DNA from: an uncultured Gammaproteobacteria bacterium
GTDB taxonomy: Bacteria > Pseudomonadota > Gammaproteobacteria > Arenicellales > Arenicellaceae
Direction: 5' to 3'
DNA length: 64,000 nucleotides
NCBI GenBank assembly: GCA_964455815.1
Contig: CAYVYS010000007.1
Span: 2,887-66,886 of the forward strand
Under the pieces are notes generated by a model. That model did not search any database and was not told the origin of the DNA. It worked only from the letters and a program-made list of their open reading frames with translations. Shown piece by piece: positions 48,872 through 59,343 of the stretch. Every line of letters starts with the position of its first letter. Position 1 is the stretch's first letter. A program made the position numbers and the translations under genes.

Positions 48872-49103
48872 GCTTTTAGGCTCACTATTCAAACTTTACC
48901 ATTGGCTAATAAGCCCCTGGTTGGGAGCTCGTTGCCGCTTTACCCCCAGTTGCTCAGATTATGCTCAACAAGCCCTAACTCAACATGGAGCAATTAAAGG
49001 TTTGTGGCTTACCAGCAAACGCTTGGCTCGATGCCATCCCTGGGGGGGACATGGGCATGATCCGGTGCCGCCCCCTTGTGCTAACGACCTCAGAGAGAAT
49101 TGA
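48861..49103 (+). CDS. yidD: Membrane protein insertion efficiency factor YidD
   Basis: [36 protein letters not shown]. Confidence 0.95.
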   Translation: MIVKLLGSLFKLYHWLISPWLGARCRFTPSCSDYAQQALTQHGAIKGLWLTSKRLARCHPWGGHGHDPVPPPCANDLREN

Positions 49104-49203
49104 TTGTTTAAAGCTTTCGATCTGCTCTTTTAAGGTTAGAATACGCCCCCAAGATAAAGTGCACAGACACGCGATAACAGGTTCAACACCGTAAAAAGCC
49201 TCT

Positions 49204-50880
49204 ATGGATAATCAACGTCAATTCTTAAGCATTGCACTAGTATGTATTGTTGCGGTCTTGTATTTCAAATGGGTGGAATTCACTGCGCCCAAGCCAAGTG
49301 AAAACCAGGTCGCACAGCAAAGTGATGTGCCAGGCGCGCCAGCCGCACAAATAACAAATAGCGATTCAGTGCCGACTCTGCCAAATTCATCAGCTGCAGG
49401 TTCAGTAAGTGCGCCTCAGGCGCCAAGCGCTGCAACTACTAACGTAGCGGAGTTGATCGAAGTCAATACAGATATGGTGCGTGCGCTGATCAATCCTGTT
49501 GGTGGTGTCATAGAGCGTCTGGAGCTAAAAAAACAACCGGTGAGTCTTGAGCAACCTGATCAGGGTTATCCATTGCTAAAGAACGATGAGCGAGGTTTCT
49601 ATGTGGCACAAGATGGCTTGTTATCAAATCCGGCAGGCCAAGCCCCAGACCATACCAAGACGTATAGCGCGAGTGCTAAAAATTACCAGCTCGGTGCAAA
49701 AGGTGTAGTAGAGGTACCTCTGCAATGGGTATCTTCCAACGGCGTTACGGTAACCAAAACTTTTCGATTCAAACAAGGCGATTATTTAGTCGATGTGGAG
49801 TACGCCATCGATAACAAAAGTGCTAGTGATTGGGTTGGTTTCCATTACGGTCAATTGAATCGGACAAGACCATTAAAGAAAAGCGGTGGGTTCGGGCAGC
49901 TGCCATCGTTTACCGGCGCGGCCTATTTCACACCAGAAGAAAAGTTCGAGAAGGTGGATTTCGGTGATATTGAAGATCAAAGCTTAAATATCAATAGTGA
50001 AGAAAATTGGGTCGCTATGTTAGAGCACTATTTTGTTAGTGCCTGGTTGCCTACTTCGCAGCAGAATAATTTATACACCGGCTACTCTCTCGCCGGAGAA
50101 CAATATCGAATCGGATATAAGTCTCTAACCGGCTCAACAATTGCTGCTGGGCAACAAGGGGTGATTTCTAGTCAGTTGTTTTTAGGTCCTAAAGAGCAAG
50201 AACGCTTGAAAGAATTAGAAGATCAAGGATTCACTGGGCTCAATCTGAGCGTTGACTATGGTTTTCTCACTTTCATTGCCGACCCACTGTTTTACATGTT
50301 GAATTTAATTTATAGCTTCGTAGGTAACTGGGGCTGGGCGATTATTCTTTTGACGATTTTGATTAAGGCTGTTTTTTACCCGCTTTCAGCCGCAAGCTAT
50401 AAGTCTATGGCCGGCATGAAGAAGCTGCAGCCACGGATTCAAACTTTAAAAGAGCGCTACAAAGATGATCGCCAGAAATTTCAGATGGAAATGATGGCCT
50501 TATATAAGCAAGAGAAAATAAACCCCGCTGGTGGCTGCCTGCCGATATTGATTCAAATACCGGTCTTCATTGCTTTGTATTGGGTATTACTTGAGAGTGT
50601 CGAAATGCGTCAGGCACCTTTTGCTCTTTGGTGGCAAGATCTGTCTGCGCCAGACCCCTATTTTGTGCTTCCAGTATTGATGGGTTTATCGATGTTTGTC
50701 ATGCAGAAGCTGAATCCAGCCCCAATGGATGACATCCAGAAAAAGGTCATGATGATCCTGCCATTTGCGTTAACCATCTTATTTTTAAGTTTTCCACAAG
50801 GCTTGGTATTGTATTGGGTGGTTAACAACATCTTATCGATGGCACAGCAATGGTATATCAATAAAAAGCACGCCACTTGA
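49204..50880 (+). CDS. yidC: Membrane protein insertase YidC
   Basis: MDNQR, VDYG, GNWGWAII, NPAGGCLP, QAPFALW, DLSAPDPYFVLP, LYWVVNN. Confidence 0.97.
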   Translation: MDNQRQFLSIALVCIVAVLYFKWVEFTAPKPSENQVAQQSDVPGAPAAQITNSDSVPTLPNSSAAGSVSAPQAPSAATTNVAELIEVNTDMVRALINPVGGVIERLELKKQPVSLEQPDQGYPLLKNDERGFYVAQDGLLSNPAGQAPDHTKTYSASAKNYQLGAKGVVEVPLQWVSSNGVTVTKTFRFKQGDYLVDVEYAIDNKSASDWVGFHYGQLNRTRPLKKSGGFGQLPSFTGAAYFTPEEKFEKVDFGDIEDQSLNINSEENWVAMLEHYFVSAWLPTSQQNNLYTGYSLAGEQYRIGYKSLTGSTIAAGQQGVISSQLFLGPKEQERLKELEDQGFTGLNLSVDYGFLTFIADPLFYMLNLIYSFVGNWGWAIILLTILIKAVFYPLSAASYKSMAGMKKLQPRIQTLKERYKDDRQKFQMEMMALYKQEKINPAGGCLPILIQIPVFIALYWVLLESVEMRQAPFALWWQDLSAPDPYFVLPVLMGLSMFVMQKLNPAPMDDIQKKVMMILPFALTILFLSFPQGLVLYWVVNNILSMAQQWYINKKHAT

Positions 50881-52199
50881 GCAGCACTGACACCATAGCG
50901 GCTATTGCCACGCCTCCAGGTAAAGGAGGTGTTGGCATTATTCGCTTATCAGGAGATAAGGCGCTTAAGATCGCTCAAGAAATATGTGGCAGAGCACTTA
51001 AACCAAGAGCAGCGCATTTCACTCACTTTAAGGACACAAATGGCGAATTAATCGATAGCGGTCTAGCCATCTATTTTGCTGCGCCACATTCGTTTACCGG
51101 TGAGCTCGTGGTTGAACTGCATGGCCATGGTGGGCCAGTTGTGCAGGATTTATTACTGAAAACATTGTTGGCGGCAGGAGCCAGACAAGCCCGCGCGGGA
51201 GAGTTTTCAGAAAGGGCATTTCTCAATGACAAAATTGATTTGGCTCAGGCCGAAGCCATCGCGGATTTAATCGATAGCTCTACTCAGCAAGCCGCTCGGG
51301 GGGCAATACGGTCACTGCAAGGCGAGTTTTCAGAAAAAATATCGAGCCTGCTAGAAGAGCTGATTTATTTGCGAACCTATGTTGAAGCTGCCATTGATTT
51401 CCCGGATGAAGAAATCGATTTTCTGGCCGACGAAAAAATTCGTACCGCGCTAGAACAGCTCAACACAAGCCTGCTAACCACCATTGGACAAGCCAATCAA
51501 GGCGCTATTTTGCGCAATGGTTTGCGCTTGGTGATCGCTGGGAAACCAAACGCTGGCAAGTCGAGCTTATTAAATGCACTCAGTGGTTATGAGGCGGCGA
51601 TTGTGACTCAAGTACCTGGTACCACCAGGGATATTGTTAGCGAAACCATCGATATTGATGGCTTACCGGTTCACATAATCGATACCGCTGGTTTAAGAGA
51701 AAGCCAGGACACGGTAGAAAAAATAGGCATAGAACGAGCTCGCAAAGCAATCCAAGAAGCAGACCATGTTTTATATGTTGTGGATGCCACTGATAGCGAT
51801 GTTCCTTCTATCGATATGGACGTGCCGCACACCTTAGTTATTAATAAGCTCGATTTACTTGCAGACCAAAAGCTTGCGAACACAAACCTCGAGTCAATAA
51901 TGGTCTCCGCGAAAACCGGCGAGGGTTTGGATTCGTTACGCGCGCAAATTAAAACTATCGCCGGTTTGGAAGATTCCACTGAGTCTTTGTTTACCGCGCG
52001 TCGCCGCCATCTGGATGCCTTAATGCGCGCACAAAAGGCGGTTGATTTGGGAGTAAATCAGCTAACACAATTTAATGCTGGGGAGTTACTGGCAGACGAA
52101 CTTCTACAAGCTCAAAATGCCCTAAATGAAATTACCGGAGAATTCAGCGCGGATGATTTACTTGGCGAAATATTCGCAGGGTTTTGTATAGGAAAGTAA
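50877..52199 (+). CDS. mnmE: tRNA modification GTPase MnmE (TrmE)
   Basis: DTIAAIAT, GKPNAGKSS, GTTRD, DTAG, NKLD, FCIGK. Confidence 0.98.
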   Translation: MSSTDTIAAIATPPGKGGVGIIRLSGDKALKIAQEICGRALKPRAAHFTHFKDTNGELIDSGLAIYFAAPHSFTGELVVELHGHGGPVVQDLLLKTLLAAGARQARAGEFSERAFLNDKIDLAQAEAIADLIDSSTQQAARGAIRSLQGEFSEKISSLLEELIYLRTYVEAAIDFPDEEIDFLADEKIRTALEQLNTSLLTTIGQANQGAILRNGLRLVIAGKPNAGKSSLLNALSGYEAAIVTQVPGTTRDIVSETIDIDGLPVHIIDTAGLRESQDTVEKIGIERARKAIQEADHVLYVVDATDSDVPSIDMDVPHTLVINKLDLLADQKLANTNLESIMVSAKTGEGLDSLRAQIKTIAGLEDSTESLFTARRRHLDALMRAQKAVDLGVNQLTQFNAGELLADELLQAQNALNEITGEFSADDLLGEIFAGFCIGK

Positions 52200-52271
52200 G
52201 CGCAATTAAACCAGCTATTAATAAATAGTAAGTCGTATCGTTTTAAGGAAGATCACGGTTACGCTAGCGGT

Positions 52272-52934
52272 GTGGAGATTTTAAACAGGCCAAGCAACCG
52301 GTTTTTGATAGGGAGCATCTCAGCGATGACTTGTCATTTTCTCTTATTCGCTTTGCCTTATTCTAAAATTGCGCCAGCTGATCTACCTTCTACAGAGCTA
52401 ACTACTTTAAGAGTGACGATGTTAACTGAAACTCAAAAACCTGTTGAAGAAACGCCCAAAGAGTTGATGGAACAGGAGTCAACGGAACCAGTGGTTGAAA
52501 TCAGCAAAAAAACAGAGCAGCTAGATCAACCACATAGTAAGCCCTTGCCTGACGAAAAACTTTTACTACAAAAAAGCTCACCGACTGCTTACCGTCTTAG
52601 CAACAAGACGATTAACGAGTTCGCAAATCGTATTACCGGTGAGGTTTTAAAACAAAACCCCTCGCAGTTAGACGAGTTCGACGCAAGCTTCGAACAAAAA
52701 TTGAATAAGGTCGAAACGCTAGAACTTGAAAATAGACAAGCTTTAAACCAACTTGCATCTACCGGAGTGGGAAAAACAATCAACCCAGATGGCAGCCACA
52801 CATGTTTTGCTATGGTCTATGATTTATTAGCGGGTCAGGGTTTAGGCGATCAAATAGTACGCGCAGATTGCACGCCAAAGCAAAAATTTGACCTTGATCT
52901 TAATAAGCCAAACAATGGTTTTATGGTTCGATGA
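52272..52934 (+). CDS. Hypothetical membrane-anchored protein with Glu/Pro/Lys-rich linker
   Basis: N-terminal hydrophobic segment, acidic linker, C-terminal Cys pair; TonB-like topology but no recognisable TonB C-terminal motif. Confidence 0.55.
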   Translation: MEILNRPSNRFLIGSISAMTCHFLLFALPYSKIAPADLPSTELTTLRVTMLTETQKPVEETPKELMEQESTEPVVEISKKTEQLDQPHSKPLPDEKLLLQKSSPTAYRLSNKTINEFANRITGEVLKQNPSQLDEFDASFEQKLNKVETLELENRQALNQLASTGVGKTINPDGSHTCFAMVYDLLAGQGLGDQIVRADCTPKQKFDLDLNKPNNGFMVR

Positions 52935-53065
52935 TGGCTTTATTTTTGTTTAAGTCTTATATAAGACACAAAATTTTATTGGTAATTTTGAGATAATAGA
53001 CAAATGGTATGGTAATGGAGGCTAGCTTCTGATAAAACGAGCGCTCGTTCTAAAATGAGGTTTCA

Positions 53066-54202
53066 ATGGCAAAGTCGCTATTCTTATTGTTGGTCATGAT
53101 CAGCATTGCTTTTATGGCATGGTGGTGGTGGCCGAGTGCAGCTGAAAAACCTGCTCTAGATACGATCTCGAATTCCACTCAAGAAAAGCGCGAGCAAACT
53201 GATTCAAAAACCAGTAAAAAAGAGACTGATTCGTCTGCGGTTTCCGTCTTTGAACAGGAGAACCCGTATCAAGACGCCGTTATAGAAGCGCAAATACAGC
53301 AGATCGCTGATCAATACGAGCAAAACAGCCGCTACCCGATTACCTCGCAGCCTATTCAAAACCCGGAAGATGTTCGAGACTTCGAACCATTCGAAGAAGC
53401 CGAAGTTGATTTACCATTCCCCGACGAAGATGAAGATGGAGAGCCAATCCGTATCGTCGCTGCGACAGATAGATTCCAATACTTTAATGGCGATCTAATT
53501 CAAGCCCGAGTACAAATAGTGAATGGGCCGTCCGATACCTTCCAATCCGTTTCTGGTGTGTTGGCTGGTGACCAAGGCGATCTGCCAAATCCGATAAATT
53601 TTGAACCAAGCACGGCGCAAGCCAACACATTTTTGGCTAGCTTTGATACACGTATTGCACCAGCAGAGCTAATGTCACAAGAGATGTTGCTAAAGCTGGA
53701 AGTCACGATTGGTGGACGCAAGCTATTTACGACAGTGGCCTTGCGATATGCTCAGCCTTCGGCTCATATCAGCGGCCTGGGTTTAAGCCAACCACTAGGA
53801 GCTGAGCTAGTCATTCCCGCTCAGCTATCGGTTTTTCAGCCAGGCTATTATTTTCTGAGTGCAGTACTAGAAGACGCTGCAACTGGTCAACCTTTGATCC
53901 AATTACAAAATGAAGCCAGGCTAAATGCCGGGAATGCCGAGTTGCCATTAAAAGCCCATATCAGCGCATTACGCGCAGCGGGTTCTGAAGGGCCATATCG
54001 ACTCCGCCAACTTCAAATTTTACGCGGTGCTGAAGCAGGTGAAACCTCAGATAAACCTGGTTCGGTATTTCAAAGTCAATTTGATGTGCCGGGCTTTGCT
54101 TTTTCAGCCTACCGCGACGAAGAATTTAGCGACCCACAAGCGCAGGAACGATTAGAGTTTTTGCGCGAAATTGGTAATGCTGAGAATGAATCAGATCAAT
54201 AA
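53066..54202 (+). CDS. Hypothetical membrane-anchored periplasmic protein (lipase-operon partner)
   Basis: N-terminal TM ending WWWW, polar linker, helical segment, then beta-rich domains; 51 bp before the lipase gene. Confidence 0.65.
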   Translation: MAKSLFLLLVMISIAFMAWWWWPSAAEKPALDTISNSTQEKREQTDSKTSKKETDSSAVSVFEQENPYQDAVIEAQIQQIADQYEQNSRYPITSQPIQNPEDVRDFEPFEEAEVDLPFPDEDEDGEPIRIVAATDRFQYFNGDLIQARVQIVNGPSDTFQSVSGVLAGDQGDLPNPINFEPSTAQANTFLASFDTRIAPAELMSQEMLLKLEVTIGGRKLFTTVALRYAQPSAHISGLGLSQPLGAELVIPAQLSVFQPGYYFLSAVLEDAATGQPLIQLQNEARLNAGNAELPLKAHISALRAAGSEGPYRLRQLQILRGAEAGETSDKPGSVFQSQFDVPGFAFSAYRDEEFSDPQAQERLEFLREIGNAENESDQ

Positions 54203-54253
54203 GAAATAAACTAAACACCTAATAATTTAAAGATTAAACCAAAGGAGAACACG

Positions 54254-55294
54254 ATGAAAACAAAACTTTTCTTGATACTGGCAGCCTTGTTGTTGTCGAC
54301 CCAAGCCGAGGCGAAGCTGGCGGGTAAGAACGTCATTTTAGTGCATGGCTTTCAGTCAGGTGATCTCAGTGCTCAACCAAACGCTTCCCAGAGTCAGGCC
54401 AATTCGGTTCAATACTGGCGCGATTTCTGGAATGCACGAGCAGAAGGTCACTTAGCTTGGTCGTCAGCGCAGCGCGTAGCTGGTGGTATTAAAGATTCTA
54501 TTCGCTCGCAGATCCAAGCTTTTGATCAAAGTGGCTTGTGCGCACAAGGTTGCGTGTTTGTTACCCATTCGACTGGTGATCTCGTACTAAGAGATGCTTT
54601 GCGCCGACTCGGCCAATGGGGCATCAATTCCAATCGCTTTAGAGTATTAGCGGTACTGGATCTAGCCGGCGCTGGTGGTGGCACCGGCTTGGCCGATTTT
54701 GCGGTAAATACGGCCAATAGCAATGCGCCGTTATCTGGGCTTACCAGAAGTATTGGTAGCCTCGCTTTGGGCATTGATTTCACCGAATCCAATTTAGGTG
54801 TTTTAAATGACTTGCGAGTATCCGCCGCACGTAACATTGCTACCCAAAACAATGTCTATCCACGCCTGCGCTTTGTTGGAGGTGGAACACAGTTTGCTGG
54901 CATTACCAAAGGGTTTTTACAAGGTGCTGACGATTCAGTTGTTGCTCTACACAGCTCTTGTGGTGCGCGATTTGCTGATGATGATGACTCATGTAGTAAC
55001 AGCATTCGGATCAATGGCCAAATTCGCAGTGCCGATGGCCCTTCATCTTTGTACTTCAATCACTTCCCCATCATTATGGGAGAAAGGGTTGATCACGAAG
55101 AGGCGCGCAATAATTCTCGCCCTGGTGGGCAGCTCACAACAGTAGTGAATAATCGATCGTTCGGTGGAATTAATGTTGATTTTTCTACTACCACTGGTCG
55201 TAAATGGTGGAGCTGGTTCCGCGATGTGCGCGAAGTGCGAAATGGAACTCGACAAAGTTTTTCAGCTACGATTTTTAATACCTTAAATAACTAA
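54254..55294 (+). CDS. Secreted alpha/beta hydrolase (family I lipase-like)
   Basis: Signal peptide (AEA), oxyanion LVHGF, nucleophile elbow THSTG, GAGGGTGLADF, DDSVV (Asp), DHEE (His); strong AAGGAG RBS. Confidence 0.75.
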   Translation: MKTKLFLILAALLLSTQAEAKLAGKNVILVHGFQSGDLSAQPNASQSQANSVQYWRDFWNARAEGHLAWSSAQRVAGGIKDSIRSQIQAFDQSGLCAQGCVFVTHSTGDLVLRDALRRLGQWGINSNRFRVLAVLDLAGAGGGTGLADFAVNTANSNAPLSGLTRSIGSLALGIDFTESNLGVLNDLRVSAARNIATQNNVYPRLRFVGGGTQFAGITKGFLQGADDSVVALHSSCGARFADDDDSCSNSIRINGQIRSADGPSSLYFNHFPIIMGERVDHEEARNNSRPGGQLTTVVNNRSFGGINVDFSTTTGRKWWSWFRDVREVRNGTRQSFSATIFNTLNN

Positions 55295-55319
55295 ACTGAT
55301 TGGTAAGGCTATAATACGG

Positions 55320-55354
55320 CCCCCTCGAGTAAACTAGCTCGAGGGGGTTTTTTT
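55320..55354 (+). terminator. Intrinsic terminator after the lipase gene
   Basis: CCCCCTCGAG-N8-CTCGAGGGGG followed by TTTTTTT. Confidence 0.8.
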
Positions 55355-55369
55355 ATGGGGAGTAGAAAG

Positions 55370-55702
55370 ATGGCGCAAGAGTATTTTTTTAAAGAAGGTT
55401 GCTTTATCGAGGAATGGCACAATAGTGGCAGCGATCAAGACTGTTCTATTGCTCATGTGCGTGTCGAAGCGAAACAAACAACTAAGTTACACGCACTCAA
55501 AAAGAGCTTTGAACGCTACCTAATTCTAGAAGGCCAAGCGATGGTAACGGTTGGAGAAAAATCATGGCAGATCGGCCCCAAAGATGTGGTGTTAATCGCG
55601 CCGAATCAACCTCAAAAAATCGAAAACTTGTTGGATACTGACCTAAAGTTTTTGGCGATCTGCACGCCGCGTTTTGAAGAAGAAAACTATTATGAGCTTT
55701 AA
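55370..55702 (+). CDS. Cupin domain protein
   Basis: SIAHVRVE..TKLHALK..ERYLILEG and PNQPQKIEN..FLAICTPRF cupin motifs. Confidence 0.82.
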   Translation: MAQEYFFKEGCFIEEWHNSGSDQDCSIAHVRVEAKQTTKLHALKKSFERYLILEGQAMVTVGEKSWQIGPKDVVLIAPNQPQKIENLLDTDLKFLAICTPRFEEENYYEL

Positions 55703-55843
55703 ACGCCAGTCTTTAACAGGTTAACTGCTGTTCTCTCCTATATTGTTCAAAATTAAGAATACCTGTATTTAGCTACTTGGTGCCTTGAGCGACTAGGCGG
55801 TACAATCGCGCTGCTTAAGTTTCTATAAAGTCTTTTCACAAGC

Positions 55844-57724
55844 ATGTTTCACAGCGACACCTATGACGTGATCGTGATCGGAGGCGGTCACGCTGGAACA
55901 GAAGCCGCCCTGGCTTCTGCGCGAACTGGTGCACGCACATTATTGTTAACTCACAATATTGAAACCATCGGTCAAATGTCCTGCAATCCGGCAATTGGTG
56001 GAATAGGCAAAGGGCACATTGTGAAAGAGATTGACGCCTTGGGCGGAGTGATGGCTGAGGCTGCCGATCGCGGCGGAATTCAATTTCGCATTCTAAATGC
56101 ACGTAAAGGCCCAGCGGTACGCGCAAGTCGCGCGCAGGCTGATCGAGTTCTCTATAAAGCCGCGGTACGCTACGCGGTAGAAAACCAGGATAACCTCTCT
56201 TTGTTTCAACAAAGTGCGGATGACTTGATTATCGAAAACGATCGCGTCACCGGTGTGGTTACGCAGATGGGTTTGAAGTTTCGCGCAAAAACAGTGGTCT
56301 TAACTACTGGCACTTTCTTGGGAGGCATTATTCATATTGGCATGCAAAACTTTCAGGGTGGGCGCGCCGGTGACCCTCCATCTAATGCGCTGGCGAAACG
56401 CCTGCGTGAAATGCCATTTACCGTCGATCGCTTAAAAACTGGCACACCAGCAAGGCTAGATGCACGAACCCTTGATTTCACTAAAATGCAGGAACAACCA
56501 GGCGATACACCAACGCCAGTGTTTTCATTTTTAGGTAAGCCAGAGCATCATCCTGAGCAGGTCAGTTGCTATATTACGCATACCAATTCCAGCACGCATG
56601 AGATTATTCAAAGAAGCCTCGATAGATCACCCTTGTATGCCGGTGTTATCGAAGGTGTTGGCCCTCGCTATTGCCCGTCTATTGAAGACAAAATTGTGCG
56701 CTTCGCTGATAAGTCCTCTCATCAAATCTTTGTTGAGCCAGAGGGTTTAACGACCCATGAGGTTTACCCAAACGGGATTTCAACCTCCTTGCCTTATGAT
56801 GTGCAGTTCGAGTTTATTCGTTCTATTGTTGGTTTTGAAAACGCCCAGATCGTGCGCCCTGGTTATGCGATTGAATATGATTTTTTCGATCCGCGCGGTT
56901 TAAAACCAACCCTGGAAACAAAATACATTAACGGCTTGTTTTTCGCCGGGCAAATCAATGGCACCACCGGCTATGAAGAAGCTGGCGGTCAAGGCTTAGT
57001 GGCGGGCTTAAATGCGGCTCGTCAAAGTCGCGATCAAGAAGGTTGGTACCCAACTCGCGACCAAGCTTATATCGGTGTATTGATTGACGACTTAATCACA
57101 ATGGGCACCAAAGAGCCCTATCGTATGTTTACTTCGCGAGCCGAGTATCGCTTATTGCTGCGTGAAGACAACGCCGACCTTCGTTTAACCGAAATAGGTC
57201 GTGATCTAGGTTTGGTCAGTGATCAGCGATGGGCAGCTTTTAGCCAAAAGCGAGAAGCTATCGAGATCGAACAACAACGCCTTAAATCAACTTGGTTGCC
57301 ACCTAGTTCAGTGCCAAATGACTTAGCCGAAAAAATCGTTGGCTCACCGTTAAAGAAAGAAGCCAATTTAATGGAGTTATTGCGTCGCCCGGAAGTTAAC
57401 TATCACAGCTTGATGGAACTACCTGGCGCTGGTGATGCCGTTCTTGACGAAAAAGTCGCAGAGCAATTAGAAATACAAGCTAAGTATCACGGCTATATAG
57501 AGCGCCAGCAGACCGAGATCGACAAACGAAAAAAACACGAGACCACTGAGCTTGCGCAAGACATTGATTACTCCTTAGTAAAAGGCTTATCCAATGAAGT
57601 AGCGCAAAAACTCAATGAGCACAAGCCCACCACTATTGGTCAGGCCTCCAGAATCTCAGGAGTAACGCCAGCGGCCGTGTCTATTTTATTGGTTTATCTT
57701 AAAAAACGTGGACATGCGGCGTAA
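55844..57724 (+). CDS. mnmG: tRNA uridine-5-carboxymethylaminomethyl synthesis enzyme MnmG (GidA)
   Basis: [57 protein letters not shown]. Confidence 0.99.
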   Translation: MFHSDTYDVIVIGGGHAGTEAALASARTGARTLLLTHNIETIGQMSCNPAIGGIGKGHIVKEIDALGGVMAEAADRGGIQFRILNARKGPAVRASRAQADRVLYKAAVRYAVENQDNLSLFQQSADDLIIENDRVTGVVTQMGLKFRAKTVVLTTGTFLGGIIHIGMQNFQGGRAGDPPSNALAKRLREMPFTVDRLKTGTPARLDARTLDFTKMQEQPGDTPTPVFSFLGKPEHHPEQVSCYITHTNSSTHEIIQRSLDRSPLYAGVIEGVGPRYCPSIEDKIVRFADKSSHQIFVEPEGLTTHEVYPNGISTSLPYDVQFEFIRSIVGFENAQIVRPGYAIEYDFFDPRGLKPTLETKYINGLFFAGQINGTTGYEEAGGQGLVAGLNAARQSRDQEGWYPTRDQAYIGVLIDDLITMGTKEPYRMFTSRAEYRLLLREDNADLRLTEIGRDLGLVSDQRWAAFSQKREAIEIEQQRLKSTWLPPSSVPNDLAEKIVGSPLKKEANLMELLRRPEVNYHSLMELPGAGDAVLDEKVAEQLEIQAKYHGYIERQQTEIDKRKKHETTELAQDIDYSLVKGLSNEVAQKLNEHKPTTIGQASRISGVTPAAVSILLVYLKKRGHAA

Positions 57725-57872
57725 AAAAACTAGAGATCTCAAATCATGGCATTCTTATGGCATTATGGCTGTTCGCCATATAGAGGTTTTCTATCTAAGT
57801 GAGTCTTTTCTATAATCTCTGCCCCGATGTCTTGAACAGCGGTAATCTTAGCCGCACGAGTTGCACGGTTTT

Positions 57873-58526
57873 ATGAATACAAGTTTGGGTGATGCAATAC
57901 CTGGTTTGGCGGAGCGCTTGCGCGCAGGCCTTGATGCGATGGACGTGTCCTATGGTGATGAGGCGATTGATAAGCTGCTCATGTTTATGGAGTTGTTAGC
58001 GGAATGGAATAATACGCACAATCTCACTTCGGTCGATGATCCGGATAAAATGCTGGCTGTGCATATTCTCGACTGTGCCAGCATTAAACCCTATCTGAAA
58101 GGTGCAGCATTGGTTGATGTCGGTAGTGGTGCGGGTTTGCCTGGCATGATTTTGGCAATTTTATCTCCTGCATTGCAGGTGACGTCGGTAGAATCACGCA
58201 ACAAGAAGGCGCAGTTTCAGATGTTCGCTGCCAACAAGCTTGGCTTGCAAAACTTTAAGGTTGAACACACTCGCATTGAAGATTTCAAACCAAAAGACAA
58301 ATTTCCAATGATCACTGCTCGAGCTTACGCCAGCCTGGAAGATCTTGTTAATAGTTCTAAGCACGTTTTGTCAGCAAGTGGGCGCTGGTTAGCAATGAAA
58401 GGCACAGTTCCCAAAGAAGAATTGAAAGTTATTAAGAAGCTCAACCTAAAATTTGATACCTTTGCACTTAAAGTTCCCGAGCTTGAAGCGCAGCGCAATC
58501 TCATCACTTTGTGTTTGCCTAAATAA
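57873..58526 (+). CDS. rsmG: 16S rRNA m7G527 methyltransferase RsmG (GidB)
   Basis: WNNTHNLTS, HILD, DVGSGAGLPG, ARAY, AMKG. Confidence 0.95.
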   Translation: MNTSLGDAIPGLAERLRAGLDAMDVSYGDEAIDKLLMFMELLAEWNNTHNLTSVDDPDKMLAVHILDCASIKPYLKGAALVDVGSGAGLPGMILAILSPALQVTSVESRNKKAQFQMFAANKLGLQNFKVEHTRIEDFKPKDKFPMITARAYASLEDLVNSSKHVLSASGRWLAMKGTVPKEELKVIKKLNLKFDTFALKVPELEAQRNLITLCLPK

Positions 58527-58552
58527 GACGCTAAAGACCTTAAACAAGTTGC

Positions 58553-59332
58553 ATGGCAAAAATTATTTCTATAACCAATCAGAAAGGTGGTGTTGGTAAA
58601 ACCACGACCAGTATCAACCTGGCCGCTGCACTTGTACAACAAGATCAGCGCGTGTTGTTGTTGGATATGGATCCACAAGGCAATGCCACGGTTGGTTTAG
58701 GAGTTGATACTCAAGATATTGAGCACACCATTTATGGTGTGCTTCTTAATGAGTGCACTGCCAAACAAGCGATTGTTAGCAGTGAGAGCGGCGTTGATTT
58801 AATGACGGCAGATGGCGATCTAGCTGGTGCTCAAGTCGAATTGCTTAATGAAATAGGCCGAGAATTAAGGCTGAAAAAAGCACTGGCAGCAGTTCAGAAA
58901 GATTATGATCTGATCTTTATTGACTGCCCTCCGGCCTTAAATGTTCTTACTATTAATGCGCTGGTCGCATCAAATTCAGTGATGATACCTATGCAGTGCG
59001 AATACTTCGCACTTGAAGGTTTAAGTGCGTTGATTTCGACGATTCGCGCCATTCGTGAAACATTAAATGGTGATTTACGAATTGAAGGTCTGCTTCGAAC
59101 CATGTTTGATCGGCGCAATAGTCTCTCAGGTGAAGTAAGTAAGCAATTGCAAAACCATTTTGGCAACAAAGTCTACGACACGGTTATCCCTCGTAATGTG
59201 CGTTTAGCTGAAGCGCCGAGTTATGGCGAGCCAGCGATCTACTATGCGCCAGATTCAAAAGGTGCGAAAGCCTATGTCGCACTAGCAGCCGAAATGCTGG
59301 CGACACAACCCGCCAAAGCGTCCAACATGTAG
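58553..59332 (+). CDS. parA: Chromosome partitioning ATPase ParA
   Basis: NQKGGVGKTTT, DMDPQGNAT, IDCPP, QCEYFALEGL, RNVRLAEAPS. Confidence 0.97.
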   Translation: MAKIISITNQKGGVGKTTTSINLAAALVQQDQRVLLLDMDPQGNATVGLGVDTQDIEHTIYGVLLNECTAKQAIVSSESGVDLMTADGDLAGAQVELLNEIGRELRLKKALAAVQKDYDLIFIDCPPALNVLTINALVASNSVMIPMQCEYFALEGLSALISTIRAIRETLNGDLRIEGLLRTMFDRRNSLSGEVSKQLQNHFGNKVYDTVIPRNVRLAEAPSYGEPAIYYAPDSKGAKAYVALAAEMLATQPAKASNM

Positions 59333-59343
59333 GTGAATCATCA

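Noticed and set aside
55703-55843. oriC upstream of mnmG (gidA), as in E. coli
   Set aside because: Only 141 bp long, with no DnaA-box matches or 13-mer/GATC cluster.
57740-57780. ATGGCATT direct repeats between mnmG and rsmG
   Set aside because: Only 2-3 short copies with irregular spacing; no function can be supported.
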